NCBI GenBank assembly: GCA_965203455.1
Contig: CBDBCV010000008.1
Coordinates: 2,604 to 66,603, forward strand
Reading direction: 5' to 3'
Length of the DNA: 64,000 nucleotides
Source: Alphaproteobacteria bacterium
GTDB lineage: Bacteria > Pseudomonadota > Alphaproteobacteria > MPNO01
In this document: one piece after another, positions 49,361 through 58,134 of the stretch
How positions within the stretch are numbered: position 1 is the first letter of the stretch
Layout: each line of letters starts with the position of its first letter
Translations under genes and position numbers: made by a program
The notes under the pieces: generated by a model
What the model was told of the DNA's origin: nothing
What the model saw: only the letters and a program-made list of their open reading frames with translations
The model's database searches: none

Positions 49361-50022
49361 TCCTCGGCCTCGACGGCCATCAACGCCGCCAGCACCGCCA
49401 GCCGCTCGGCCCGCGGCATCGCCTCGTACCGGCGGCCCCAGCTCGCCGCCTTCCGCTTGACGATCTGGCGGTGGGTGAAGTCCCGCCCCGCGAACGACGC
49501 CCAGTGCACCCGGTCGGGCTCGAAGTTGAACCACAGCTTCTCGGTGACCACGCAGGACTGGTTGTTGACCTGGACCTCGAGCGAGCGCCAGCCGGCCAGA
49601 TGTTCGTCATAGAGCCGGGACGGATAGCCGGACACCATCACCCGGCAGGGCAGCGACTTCAGGATGCCGAGAAGCGCGACATGGTCGGCGTCGGTGTAGT
49701 CGAAGCGGTAGCGCCGCCCCGACCGGCGCGCCGACTGCACGTAGGGCGGGTCGCTGTAGACCAGCTCGCGGCCGGCGAACGCGAACCCGGACAGGAAGCG
49801 GTGGGCGCAGCCGTGGTGAAGCTCGACCGGGTAGTCGCAGCGGAACCCGTCGAGCGCCCGGCGGTTGAGATCGATGCCGATGTTGCGAAGCGCCGGAGGC
49901 TTGCGCTTCATGATCGCGCCGCCCCCCAGATGGGTCTCCACAAAAACGTCGTGCGGCGGCATCAGGCTCACGATCGCCTGGCAAAGCCCCGTCGTCGCCT
50001 TCGATCCGTACCATGCCGCCAT
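49357..50022 (-). CDS. D12-class N6-adenine DNA methyltransferase (Dam-like, orphan).
   Basis: 'WYGSK' motif. Catalytic 'SDPPY'. 221 aa. Confidence 0.75.
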   Translation of the reverse strand: MAAWYGSKATTGLCQAIVSLMPPHDVFVETHLGGGAIMKRKPPALRNIGIDLNRRALDGFRCDYPVELHHGCAHRFLSGFAFAGRELVYSDPPYVQSARRSGRRYRFDYTDADHVALLGILKSLPCRVMVSGYPSRLYDEHLAGWRSLEVQVNNQSCVVTEKLWFNFEPDRVHWASFAGRDFTHRQIVKRKAASWGRRYEAMPRAERLAVLAALMAVEAEE

Positions 50023-50123
50023 CGCCGCCCCCGACGCGCTTCGCCCGGACGGCCGGTCTATAGGGCGGACGGCCTATGGTGTCAAACGAAAATCCGTCCC
50101 AAATCCAAAATCGACGCCGTGGT

Positions 50124-50408
50124 TTAACCGCTTACTCTCTCGGCATACAGCCTGCGGTCGCGCTCGCGTCCCCGGCGCCGTGCCCGTTCGGGGTCGCGCC
50201 GGGGCTTCTTGCCGGCCCGCAGGCGGGCGTCCCGCGCCCGGCTCGCGCGGTTCCGTTTCTCGTTGCAGGGCGCGCACAGGCGGCGCTCCGGCACAGACCC
50301 GGTCCGGCCGCATCCCGGGCACAGGCCGGCTTCGAGGCGCGCGGCGGTGCGTCTGGCGATGCGCGCGCGGTCGCGTGCACGGCGGATCTCCGGATCGCCA
50401 CAGGCCAT
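50124..50408 (-). CDS. Small basic Zn-finger protein (94 aa)
   Basis: 'CPGCGR…CAPC' Cys4. Arg/Lys-rich tail. Confidence 0.4.
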   Translation of the reverse strand: MACGDPEIRRARDRARIARRTAARLEAGLCPGCGRTGSVPERRLCAPCNEKRNRASRARDARLRAGKKPRRDPERARRRGRERDRRLYAERVSG

Positions 50409-50516
50409 GCCGTCCTCCTCGGTTCGTGGGACAAGGGGAAAGGCGGACGCCCCGCCGGCGGCCCCGGCCCCCGAGTCGGGGGCGGCGGGCCGGCCGGACG
50501 TCCAGGAACGAGGCCG

Positions 50517-50840
50517 TCAACCCTTCTGGCGGCGGTCGATACCGAGCCCCATCGCGTAGACGCCCCAGTACTGGACCCCGCCCCGGCTGCCGAGGCCGGT
50601 GCAGACGATGATCTCGTTGCGCTCGGGCCGCATCTCCCTGACCGCCTTCAGGGTCGCGGTGGCATGGCCCGCCTTGCGCCGGCCCTTGCCGGGCACCGGT
50701 TCCAGGCAGCGGCGAATGTCGCCGTCGATCATCGCCCGGAAACGCTCCACGGCATAGCGGTCGTCGGAAAGCCCGCTGCCGAAGAAATGGGTCAGGAAGG
50801 TGTTCGCCGTGTTGCGGGGGAATGCCATGGCTGCCGTCAT
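50517..50840 (-). CDS. Hypothetical protein (~107 aa)
   Basis: 'MTAAMAFPRNTANTFLTHFFGSGLSDDRYAVERF…IIVCTGLGSRGGVQYWGVYAMGL'. No family assigned. Confidence 0.4.
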   Translation of the reverse strand: MTAAMAFPRNTANTFLTHFFGSGLSDDRYAVERFRAMIDGDIRRCLEPVPGKGRRKAGHATATLKAVREMRPERNEIIVCTGLGSRGGVQYWGVYAMGLGIDRRQKG

Positions 50841-51258
50841 GGTGCCGTCTCCTTCGTGCCGGTGAAGAAAATCGGCGGCCGGACGCCCGACCGCCGCCCC
50901 GCTCACGGCCAGGCCTCTCCTCCTGCCGGCGAGGAGCGTGCGGGAGGGGAGACCGGAAGGAGGACGGCGGGCCGGCAACACGCGTCGGACGGAGCGCGGA
51001 CGCCGAGCACTGTTTCCCTTCGGGGCGCAACGGCTTTCCCCGCGCCGCCGAAATGCGTATCCATGGCGCCGTGGGCGGACGGTCCCGGCGTCAGCGAAGA
51101 CCGTGGCGGGACCGGCCTATGTTTGGAACTGAATTTCCGCGTCGTAGGGACCGGCCTCTTCGATTTCGACCAGATCCGACAGCGGACTGCGCTTGAGGTT
51201 GAACATCATCGTACGCGCTGGGCGATGCAATGGAATCCAGCCGCCCTGACGGGCATGA

Positions 51259-51307
51259 TTGACAACAAACTTGTTGCCAACTATGTTGATGCCAACAAGA
51301 TAGTTGG
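51259..51307 (+). promoter_or_regulatory. Predicted sigma70 promoter (−35 TTGACA at 51259–51264, 17-nt spacer, −10 TATGTT at 51282–51287) with an overlapping 8-bp inverted repeat (putative operator).
   Basis: 'ccaactat' at 51277–51284 and 'atagttgg' at 51300–51307. Locally lower GC. 10 nt upstream of the ATPase ATG. Confidence 0.5.
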
Positions 51308-51316
51308 AAGATAGCC

Positions 51317-52564
51317 ATGATGCGAAAGGGCGGCAGCAACTGGGTCGACGGAGAGAACTTCCTCGACCGCGAGACGGAGCTGGAAGCGCTGGAAGAGCGG
51401 GTCCGGGAGGGAACCCACACCCTGCTGACCGCGCAGCGGCGGATGGGCAAGACCAGCCTCGTCCGGGAGTTGCAGCGCCGGCTGGCCGAAACGGGAGACT
51501 TCGAGGTCGTCTTCGTCGATCTGGAGGCGGCCACCGATCCGGCCGATGCGATCGCCGAAATCGGGGTTCAGGTGAAGTCCGTGCGCCCGGCGTGGGATCG
51601 GGTCATGACCGGCTTCGCCAACCTGGTGAGACGCGCCGGCGACCGGATCGAGGAACTGTCGGTTGCGGATCTGAAGGTGAAGTTGCGCGCCGGGATCGAT
51701 GCGGGCAATTGGCCGCAAAGAGGGGACGCGATCCTTGCAGCCCTGGCGGAGAGCGGCCGGCCGGTCGTGCTCGCGATCGACGAGTTGCCGATACTCGTAA
51801 ACCGGCTGCTGAAGGACGGAACAGGCCGCATGACGCCGGAGGGGAAACGGGACGCGGACTCGTTCCTGAGTTGGCTGCGCAAGGTGGGGCAATCCCATCG
51901 GAACCGGCTCACGCTGATCCTGTCGGGCAGCGTGAGCCTCGAGCCGCTGCTCGAGGAGGCCGGGCTCAGCGCCCAGGCCAACATCTTCTCTCCCCATGAC
52001 CTGAAACCGTGGAGCGAGGAAACGGCTATATCCTGCCTGGAGGCGCTTGCAGAGACCTATGAGGTCGGTCTTCCGCCGGAGGCCAGCCGGGACATGTGCC
52101 GCAGGCTGCGCTGCTGCATCCCGCACCATGTCCAGATGTTCTTCGACAGGATGCACGGTCATCTGCGGCGCGCCGGGCGGAAGGACGCCTCGCTGGACGA
52201 TGTCGAACAGGTCTATGAGCAGGAGATGCTGGGGGTCCGGGGACAGGTGGACCTCCAGCATTACGAGGGCCGGCTGGAGATGGTGCTCGGAAGAGCGGGT
52301 TACATCGCCGCGCTGGAAATCCTGACGGCAACGGCAGTCGACGGCGTCATTGGCGCTGAAACGGTCGACCGATACCGCAACCATTTGGACGCGCAGGACG
52401 GAGATGGCGCTCCCTCGGTCGACCATGTTCTGCATGTGCTGCAGCACGACGGCTACCTCGAACCCGGGGACAGCGGATACCGGTTCGTTTCCGGACTCCT
52501 GGAAGACTGGTGGCGCGGGCGCTACGGGCATGGGTTCGTGCCCGTGTTCGACCGGCAGCGGTGA
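51317..52564 (+). CDS. P-loop ATPase (AAA+/STAND-like, Arch_ATPase-type), 415 aa.
   Basis: Walker A 'RRMGKTSLV', Walker B 'VVLAIDEL'. Sensor and winged-helix-like C-terminal half. Confidence 0.75.
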   Translation: MMRKGGSNWVDGENFLDRETELEALEERVREGTHTLLTAQRRMGKTSLVRELQRRLAETGDFEVVFVDLEAATDPADAIAEIGVQVKSVRPAWDRVMTGFANLVRRAGDRIEELSVADLKVKLRAGIDAGNWPQRGDAILAALAESGRPVVLAIDELPILVNRLLKDGTGRMTPEGKRDADSFLSWLRKVGQSHRNRLTLILSGSVSLEPLLEEAGLSAQANIFSPHDLKPWSEETAISCLEALAETYEVGLPPEASRDMCRRLRCCIPHHVQMFFDRMHGHLRRAGRKDASLDDVEQVYEQEMLGVRGQVDLQHYEGRLEMVLGRAGYIAALEILTATAVDGVIGAETVDRYRNHLDAQDGDGAPSVDHVLHVLQHDGYLEPGDSGYRFVSGLLEDWWRGRYGHGFVPVFDRQR

Positions 52565-52587
52565 GAACTGGAGCCGGGGCGATTGGT

Positions 52588-55500
52588 GTGACCGCCAGAA
52601 AATACAATCCGGGCTTTCTCTCCGACGACGAACTGGTCGCGACCTTCTGCGTCCGGACGGCCGAATACGACTCCCTGGTCGAGGCGTTGCGCGAATGTTC
52701 GGGCCGCGCGAACACCCATCAGATCGTGATCGGGCCGCGCGGCAGCGGAAAGACGAGCCTGCTGCTGCGGGTCGCTGCTGAGGTGCGGCGCGATGCCGAT
52801 CTCTCGGCGCGCTTTTTCCCGATCGTGTTCGCGGAGGAAAGCTATGAGGTCTCGACCGCCGGCGAGTTCTGGCTCGAATGCCTCTCCCGGCTGGCCGGGC
52901 AGGCGCCGCGCCGGGATGGCGATGTCGACCTGCACCGCACCTTCGAGGATCTACGCACCATCCATGACGACCGGACCCTGGAGGACCGGTGCCTCGGCGC
53001 GTTGCAGGACTTTGCCGACCGGGAAGCGAAGCGTCTCGTTCTGGTCGTCGAGAACCTCAACATGATGTTCAGGGACATCGGCGACGAAGACGCGGGCTGG
53101 CGGCTGCGGAAGACGCTGCAGACCGAGCCGCGGATCGTTCTGCTTGCGAGCGCGACCAGCCGGTTCGACCAGATGGACGATCCGAAGGAAGCGCTCTACG
53201 AGTTGTTCCGGGTGATCCGGTTGGACCCTCTCGGCACGGAAGACTGCGCGACCTTGTGGCAGACCGTGTCGGGGCAAGCGCGGGCGCCGCGGACGATCCG
53301 GGCGCTGCGGATTCTCACGGGCGGAAGTCCGAGACTGCTGACCATCGTGGCCCGGTTCGGCGCGAACCTGTCGTTCCGCGAGCTGATGGCCGAACTCCTC
53401 GACCTGGTCGACGATCATACCGAGTATTTCAAGAGCCATCTCGATGCGCTCCCTGCGCAAGAGCGCAAGGTGTATCTCGCCCTTGCCGATCTCTGGAAAC
53501 CGGCGAACGCGCGCGAGGTCGCGGACCGGACCAGACTCGGGACCAGCCAGTGCAGCGCCCAGCTTGCCCGGCTGGTCGACAAGGGCGCGGTCGAGGTGAG
53601 CGGCGGCAGCGCGCGGCGCAAGCTCTATTACCTGACCGAGCGGCTCTACAACATCTACTATCTGATGCGTCGGGCGCGCGGATCGACGCCGCTGGTCGAT
53701 GCGCTGATCCGCTTCATGGAGGCCTTCTACTCCACCGACAAACTGACAGAAATCGTCGCCCGCATGGCGCGGAAAGCGTCGAGGTTCGACGGCGGCGCGT
53801 TGGAGCTCCATCGGATGGCATTCGAGCGTCTCGTCGAACTGCCGTCCCTCAAGCCGCATCGCGAGGAGTTGCGGGCGCTTGCGCCGCCCGCCTTTGCCTA
53901 TGCGCCGCGTGAGTTTTCTGCGGTATTTGCGGTGCGAACCGGCACGCCGCGCCCGACCACCGATCCGGAAATCGTGCCGGGCGTCGATTTGGCCGCAACA
54001 GGCCGCATGGGCGCGCCGCGCATCCGCCCCACCCTCGCCGTTGACACGGTAGATCCGTCGGTCGCGGAGGGTCTGCTGGGGAAGGCGCTGGCTCTGGCGG
54101 AAAGCGGTCGGTTGGAAGACGCCGTGGCGATCTGGGATGAGGTTGTCCGGATGTTCGGGGAGAGCGACAAGCCGGCGGACCTCGAACAGGTTTCGATGGC
54201 GCTCGTCAACAAGGGTCAGGCGCTGGGCCGGCTGGGAAGAGCGGAAGAAGCGCTGGCCGTGCTGGACGATGTGGTGCAGCGTTTCAGGATGAACGACGGG
54301 GAAAGCTACCCTCTGGCGGTGGCGACAGCACTCGCCAGCAAGGGTGAAATGCTGAGCGCTCTCGACCGACACATGGAGGCACTGGCGGCATGGGACGAGG
54401 TCGCACGACGCTTCGGCGAAAGCCGGATGCCAGCGCTTGAGGCGCCGGTGGCTCATGCGATGGTCGGGACGGCAGCAGTCGCGCTGAATGAATTGGACCG
54501 GCCCCAGCAAGCCTTGGATTCCTGCGATGAAATGCTGGAACGTTTCGGCAAGAGCGCTTCGCCGGCGCTGCACCGTGAAGTGGCGGCGGCCATGGTCGGA
54601 CGGGGTCACGCGCTCATCGCGCTGAAGCGCGTCGACGAGGCGATAAGCGCCTGGGGCGCCGCGGTGGAGCGTTTCGGGAGGAGCGACTCTCCCAAAATCC
54701 TCGAACAGGTGGCCCCGGCGCTTGCGAACGTGGGCGTGGCGCTCTTCCGGTCCGGCCGGGTGGAGGAGGCGCTGACAGCGTTCGATGGGGTCGTGCAAAG
54801 CTACGGGGCAAGCGATTCGCCGATCCTGCGGGAGGTGGTCGCGCGCTGTTTCGTCGACAGGGGCAATGTGCTGGCCGCGTTGAACCGGAAAACCGAAGCG
54901 CTCTCGTCGTGGGAAGAGGCGATCATGGCCTTCGGGACGGGATGCTCGCCGGGGACGGCAAAACCGCATTGCAACGCGCTGATGAACAAGGCTGCGGCGC
55001 TGCGCGACGCGGGAAGGCATGAGGAAGCGCTGGAGTTGTGGGGCGACGTGGTGGAACGCTTCGGGGCCGACGATCGGCCCGGAATTCTCACCATGGTCGC
55101 GAGTGCGCAGACCTTCAGATGCGCATTGCTGGAACAGTCGGGCCGATACGAAGAGGCGCTTGTTGTATGGCGGCAGGTCGAAGACCGGTTCGGGAACAGC
55201 GACGCGCCGGAGTGGATGGAGCTTATCGCCAGCTCGTACATGCAGAGATCCGCCAACCTGTTCAGGCTGAACCGGCTGGAAGAGGCGCTTGCTGTCTGCG
55301 ACCGGGCGGTGAATCGCTTCGAGGGGAGTGACCTGCCAGCGGTTATCGATGCCGTTGCCGGGATTCTCGTAAACAAGGGAATTCTGCTCGCAAAGTCCGG
55401 CAGACACGAAGAGGCTCTGGCGGTCTGGGACGACATCAAACGCCGTTTCGGAAACAGCGACGAGCCGGAACTTCTGAAGCAGGTTGCCTCGGCCCTGGTC

Positions 55501-56337
55501 AACAAAGGCGCGACGCTGGTTCATATGAGCCGGCCGGAGGATGCGGTTGGGCTATGGAACGACGTCGTGTGCCGGTTCGGGGAAGGCGATGCATCCCCGT
55601 ATCACGAGGATATTGCGACGGCTGTCCTCAACAGGGTGCAGGTTCTGGGCTTGTTGAAACGGCTGGACGAGGCGCTTGAAGCCTGTGACGAGGCGCTCCG
55701 GCGGTTTGGGAGCAGCGAAGAGCCCTACGGTGTCGAGGCCGTCGCGCAAGCCCTCGCCAGCAAGGGCTCGTTCCTTGTCGACCTGGACCGGACCGAGGAG
55801 GGGTTCGCGGCGTGGGACGAGGTAGTTCGGCGCTTCGAGGCGAGCGATGCACCGGCGCTTCGAGACGCAGCGGAATTGGCGTTGTGCAGGCGGGCACAGC
55901 ACGAATTGGCCGAAGGCCGGGCGAGGACTGCCCTGGGATTCCTCGATCGTGCGCTTCTGCAGACGCGGGCGGGTATGCCAGTCACCAGATTGCACGGCTA
56001 TTTGGTCCGGGCCTGGGCGAATCTGGCGGAAGGCAACGGCGAAGCATGCGCCGACGATGTCGAGAAGGCGTTGTCGATCCTTCCCGAAGTGGACATGTTG
56101 CCGAGGCGCGCGCTGGTTGTCCTGGCCGACCTCTCGGCGGGCGTTGGGCCGGAAAGGATGTGCGATCTGATCAAGTCATCGCCCGCTGGCGACCTCCTGC
56201 TTCCGCTGAGGACGGCGCTGGAACGGGAGCTCGGGTTGGAGCTGAGGGTAGCCAGGGAAGTCGAAGAGATTGCCGAAGATATACGCCGGGAATTGCTGGT
56301 CGGGCGCGAGAGCGAAAAGCATCGGCGGGTGACTTGA
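52588..56337 (+). CDS. Large STAND-like NTPase (paralogous P-loop ATPase + winged helix + ~13 tandem TPR-like units). GTG start.
   Basis: Walker A 'GPRGSGKTSLL', Walker B 'LVLVVENL'. wHTH '…SARRKLYYLTE'. From ~aa 520, a ~35-aa unit '…EEAL.xWDEVV.RFG.SD.P.L..VA.AL.NKG…' repeats. Confidence 0.75.
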   Translation: MTARKYNPGFLSDDELVATFCVRTAEYDSLVEALRECSGRANTHQIVIGPRGSGKTSLLLRVAAEVRRDADLSARFFPIVFAEESYEVSTAGEFWLECLSRLAGQAPRRDGDVDLHRTFEDLRTIHDDRTLEDRCLGALQDFADREAKRLVLVVENLNMMFRDIGDEDAGWRLRKTLQTEPRIVLLASATSRFDQMDDPKEALYELFRVIRLDPLGTEDCATLWQTVSGQARAPRTIRALRILTGGSPRLLTIVARFGANLSFRELMAELLDLVDDHTEYFKSHLDALPAQERKVYLALADLWKPANAREVADRTRLGTSQCSAQLARLVDKGAVEVSGGSARRKLYYLTERLYNIYYLMRRARGSTPLVDALIRFMEAFYSTDKLTEIVARMARKASRFDGGALELHRMAFERLVELPSLKPHREELRALAPPAFAYAPREFSAVFAVRTGTPRPTTDPEIVPGVDLAATGRMGAPRIRPTLAVDTVDPSVAEGLLGKALALAESGRLEDAVAIWDEVVRMFGESDKPADLEQVSMALVNKGQALGRLGRAEEALAVLDDVVQRFRMNDGESYPLAVATALASKGEMLSALDRHMEALAAWDEVARRFGESRMPALEAPVAHAMVGTAAVALNELDRPQQALDSCDEMLERFGKSASPALHREVAAAMVGRGHALIALKRVDEAISAWGAAVERFGRSDSPKILEQVAPALANVGVALFRSGRVEEALTAFDGVVQSYGASDSPILREVVARCFVDRGNVLAALNRKTEALSSWEEAIMAFGTGCSPGTAKPHCNALMNKAAALRDAGRHEEALELWGDVVERFGADDRPGILTMVASAQTFRCALLEQSGRYEEALVVWRQVEDRFGNSDAPEWMELIASSYMQRSANLFRLNRLEEALAVCDRAVNRFEGSDLPAVIDAVAGILVNKGILLAKSGRHEEALAVWDDIKRRFGNSDEPELLKQVASALVNKGATLVHMSRPEDAVGLWNDVVCRFGEGDASPYHEDIATAVLNRVQVLGLLKRLDEALEACDEALRRFGSSEEPYGVEAVAQALASKGSFLVDLDRTEEGFAAWDEVVRRFEASDAPALRDAAELALCRRAQHELAEGRARTALGFLDRALLQTRAGMPVTRLHGYLVRAWANLAEGNGEACADDVEKALSILPEVDMLPRRALVVLADLSAGVGPERMCDLIKSSPAGDLLLPLRTALERELGLELRVAREVEEIAEDIRRELLVGRESEKHRRVT

Positions 56338-56651
56338 CCGTTTTCGGAAGTGGCGTCGGCTTGCTGTCGCACCAGTCAGGCCCGCGCAATGGATGTGACG
56401 GCGGCCATACCAGACGCCGCTCCCGCGGAAGGGATTGCCGACACATTCTGAACCGCTGGAATCCGCCTGCGCGGTCGATCGCGCACGGCTTCGGCTTCCC
56501 GGAATGCTTGCCGCGCGGCCCCGGACGCCGTGTTGCAATTGTGTTGATTCGGTCCTGGAGCGATCCAGCGGCATTTCAGGACCATTCATAATGCATTGTT
56601 ATTACAGGATATTTTTACGGTCATCCTGTAGGATTTCTACCATATAGCCGC

Positions 56652-57014
56652 GTGGCCAACCTCAGCATCGCCACCGATGAGTCCTACATGGATCGCCAGA
56701 CCGGCGAGCGGGTCGACCGCACCGAGTGGCACCGGGTCGTGACCTTCCAGAACGGCCTCATCGACATGCTGGAGCGGCATGCCAGGAAGGGCCGGCTGGT
56801 CCACGCCGAGGGCAAGCTCCAGACCCGGCGCTGGAAGAAGGAGGGCGAGGACTCCGACCGCTTCTCGACCGAGATCCTTCTGGTCCCGGGCGGGCGCGTC
56901 CAGTTCCTCGACAAGGCCAACGGCGCCCGGCCGCAGCCCGACCCGGACATGGCGAGCGACGCCGCTCCGGTTGCGGCGCCCGCCGACATGGACGGCGACC
57001 GGATTCCGTTCTGA
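56652..57014 (+). pseudogene. ssb: Single-stranded DNA-binding protein, 5'-truncated (lacks ~35 N-terminal residues of the OB fold).
   Basis: 'ANLSIATDESYMDRQTGERVDRTEWHRVVTF…' and C-terminal acidic tail '…DMDGDRIPF'. Upstream is an AT-rich hairpin 'tacaggatatttttacggtcatcctgta' rather than the ssb 5' end. Confidence 0.75.
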
Positions 57015-57032
57015 TCGGCGTCACGCTTCCTC

Positions 57033-57060
57033 CCCGACCTGGCCGGCGCTTCGGCGCCGG
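57033..57060 (+). terminator. Rho-independent terminator after ssb
   Basis: 'gccggcgcttcggcgccggtc' followed by T7. Confidence 0.7.
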
Positions 57061-57132
57061 TCTTTTTTTGCTGCCGGTCCGGAGGCGTCCCCGGTTCCAT
57101 GGTAAGCGTCCGGCGTGACCGCCCCTGCGTGG

Positions 57133-58134
57133 TCAGTCGGCGGCTTCCCGATCTTCTGCGGGCGCGGTGTTCCACGGCAGCAGATCGTCGATGCGGTTGA
57201 TCCTGTAGTCGGGGATGCGTTCGAGGACCTGAGCAAGCCAGGCCTGCGGATCGACATCGTTGAGCCTGGCGGTCTCGATCAGGGTGTAGGCGATGGCGGC
57301 GGCCCTGCCGCCGCTGGCCGAGCCCATGAAGAGATAGTTCTTGCGGCCGAGCGCGATCGGCCTCATTGCGCGTTCGGCGGGGTTGTTGTCGATCTCGAGG
57401 AAGCCGTGCTCGAGATAGGGTCGAAGGCGCTTCATCCGGGTCAGGGCATGACGGATCGCCGCTGCCAGCGGGGTCTTGGCGGAGATTCTGGGCAGCTGCG
57501 ATTGCAGCCACCGCTCCAGCTCGTCGAGGCACGGCGCGGCCTTGGCCTGGCGGATGGCCGCGCGGTTCTCGGGCGGCTGCCCGCGGGCCTCCTTCTCGAT
57601 AGCGTAGAGGGCGGCGATCCGTTCCAGCGCCTCGGCGGCGATCGCCGAGCCCTGGGCGGCATGGACGTCGAAGAACTTGCGTCGCACATGCGCCAGACAG
57701 GCCACCTCGCGGACCGGCCCGGCGCGCGCCAGCGCACCGAACCCGGCATAGCCGTCCGAGTGCATCCAGCCGGCGAAGCCTTCAAGATGCGCCTTCGGAT
57801 GCGCCGCCTTGCGGTCGGCCGAGAAGCGGTACCAGGCCGCCGGCGGCGCCTCGCCAGCCCAGGGCCGCTCGTCCCGCACGTAGGTCCAGGCCCGGCCGGT
57901 CGCCGTTTTGCCGGTTCCCGGCGCCAGCAGCTTGACCGGGGTGTCGTCGGCGAACAGGGCTTGTCCTTCCAGCACATGGCGCCCGATCGCATCGGCCAGG
58001 GGCTCCAGCAGCGCCGTCGCCTTGCCGACCCAGCCGGCGAGCGTCGAGCGGTCGAGCTCGACGCCGTCGCGGGCGAAGATGCGGGACTGGCGGTAGAGCG
58101 GCAAGCGAGTCGCGCGGGGGAATCTCACCCCCAC
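57133..58134 (-). CDS. tnpC: IS66 TnpC C-terminal part (copy 2)
   Basis: Identical to 25401..26402. Confidence 0.9.
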   Translation of the reverse strand: MGVRFPRATRLPLYRQSRIFARDGVELDRSTLAGWVGKATALLEPLADAIGRHVLEGQALFADDTPVKLLAPGTGKTATGRAWTYVRDERPWAGEAPPAAWYRFSADRKAAHPKAHLEGFAGWMHSDGYAGFGALARAGPVREVACLAHVRRKFFDVHAAQGSAIAAEALERIAALYAIEKEARGQPPENRAAIRQAKAAPCLDELERWLQSQLPRISAKTPLAAAIRHALTRMKRLRPYLEHGFLEIDNNPAERAMRPIALGRKNYLFMGSASGGRAAAIAYTLIETARLNDVDPQAWLAQVLERIPDYRINRIDDLLPWNTAPAEDREAAD

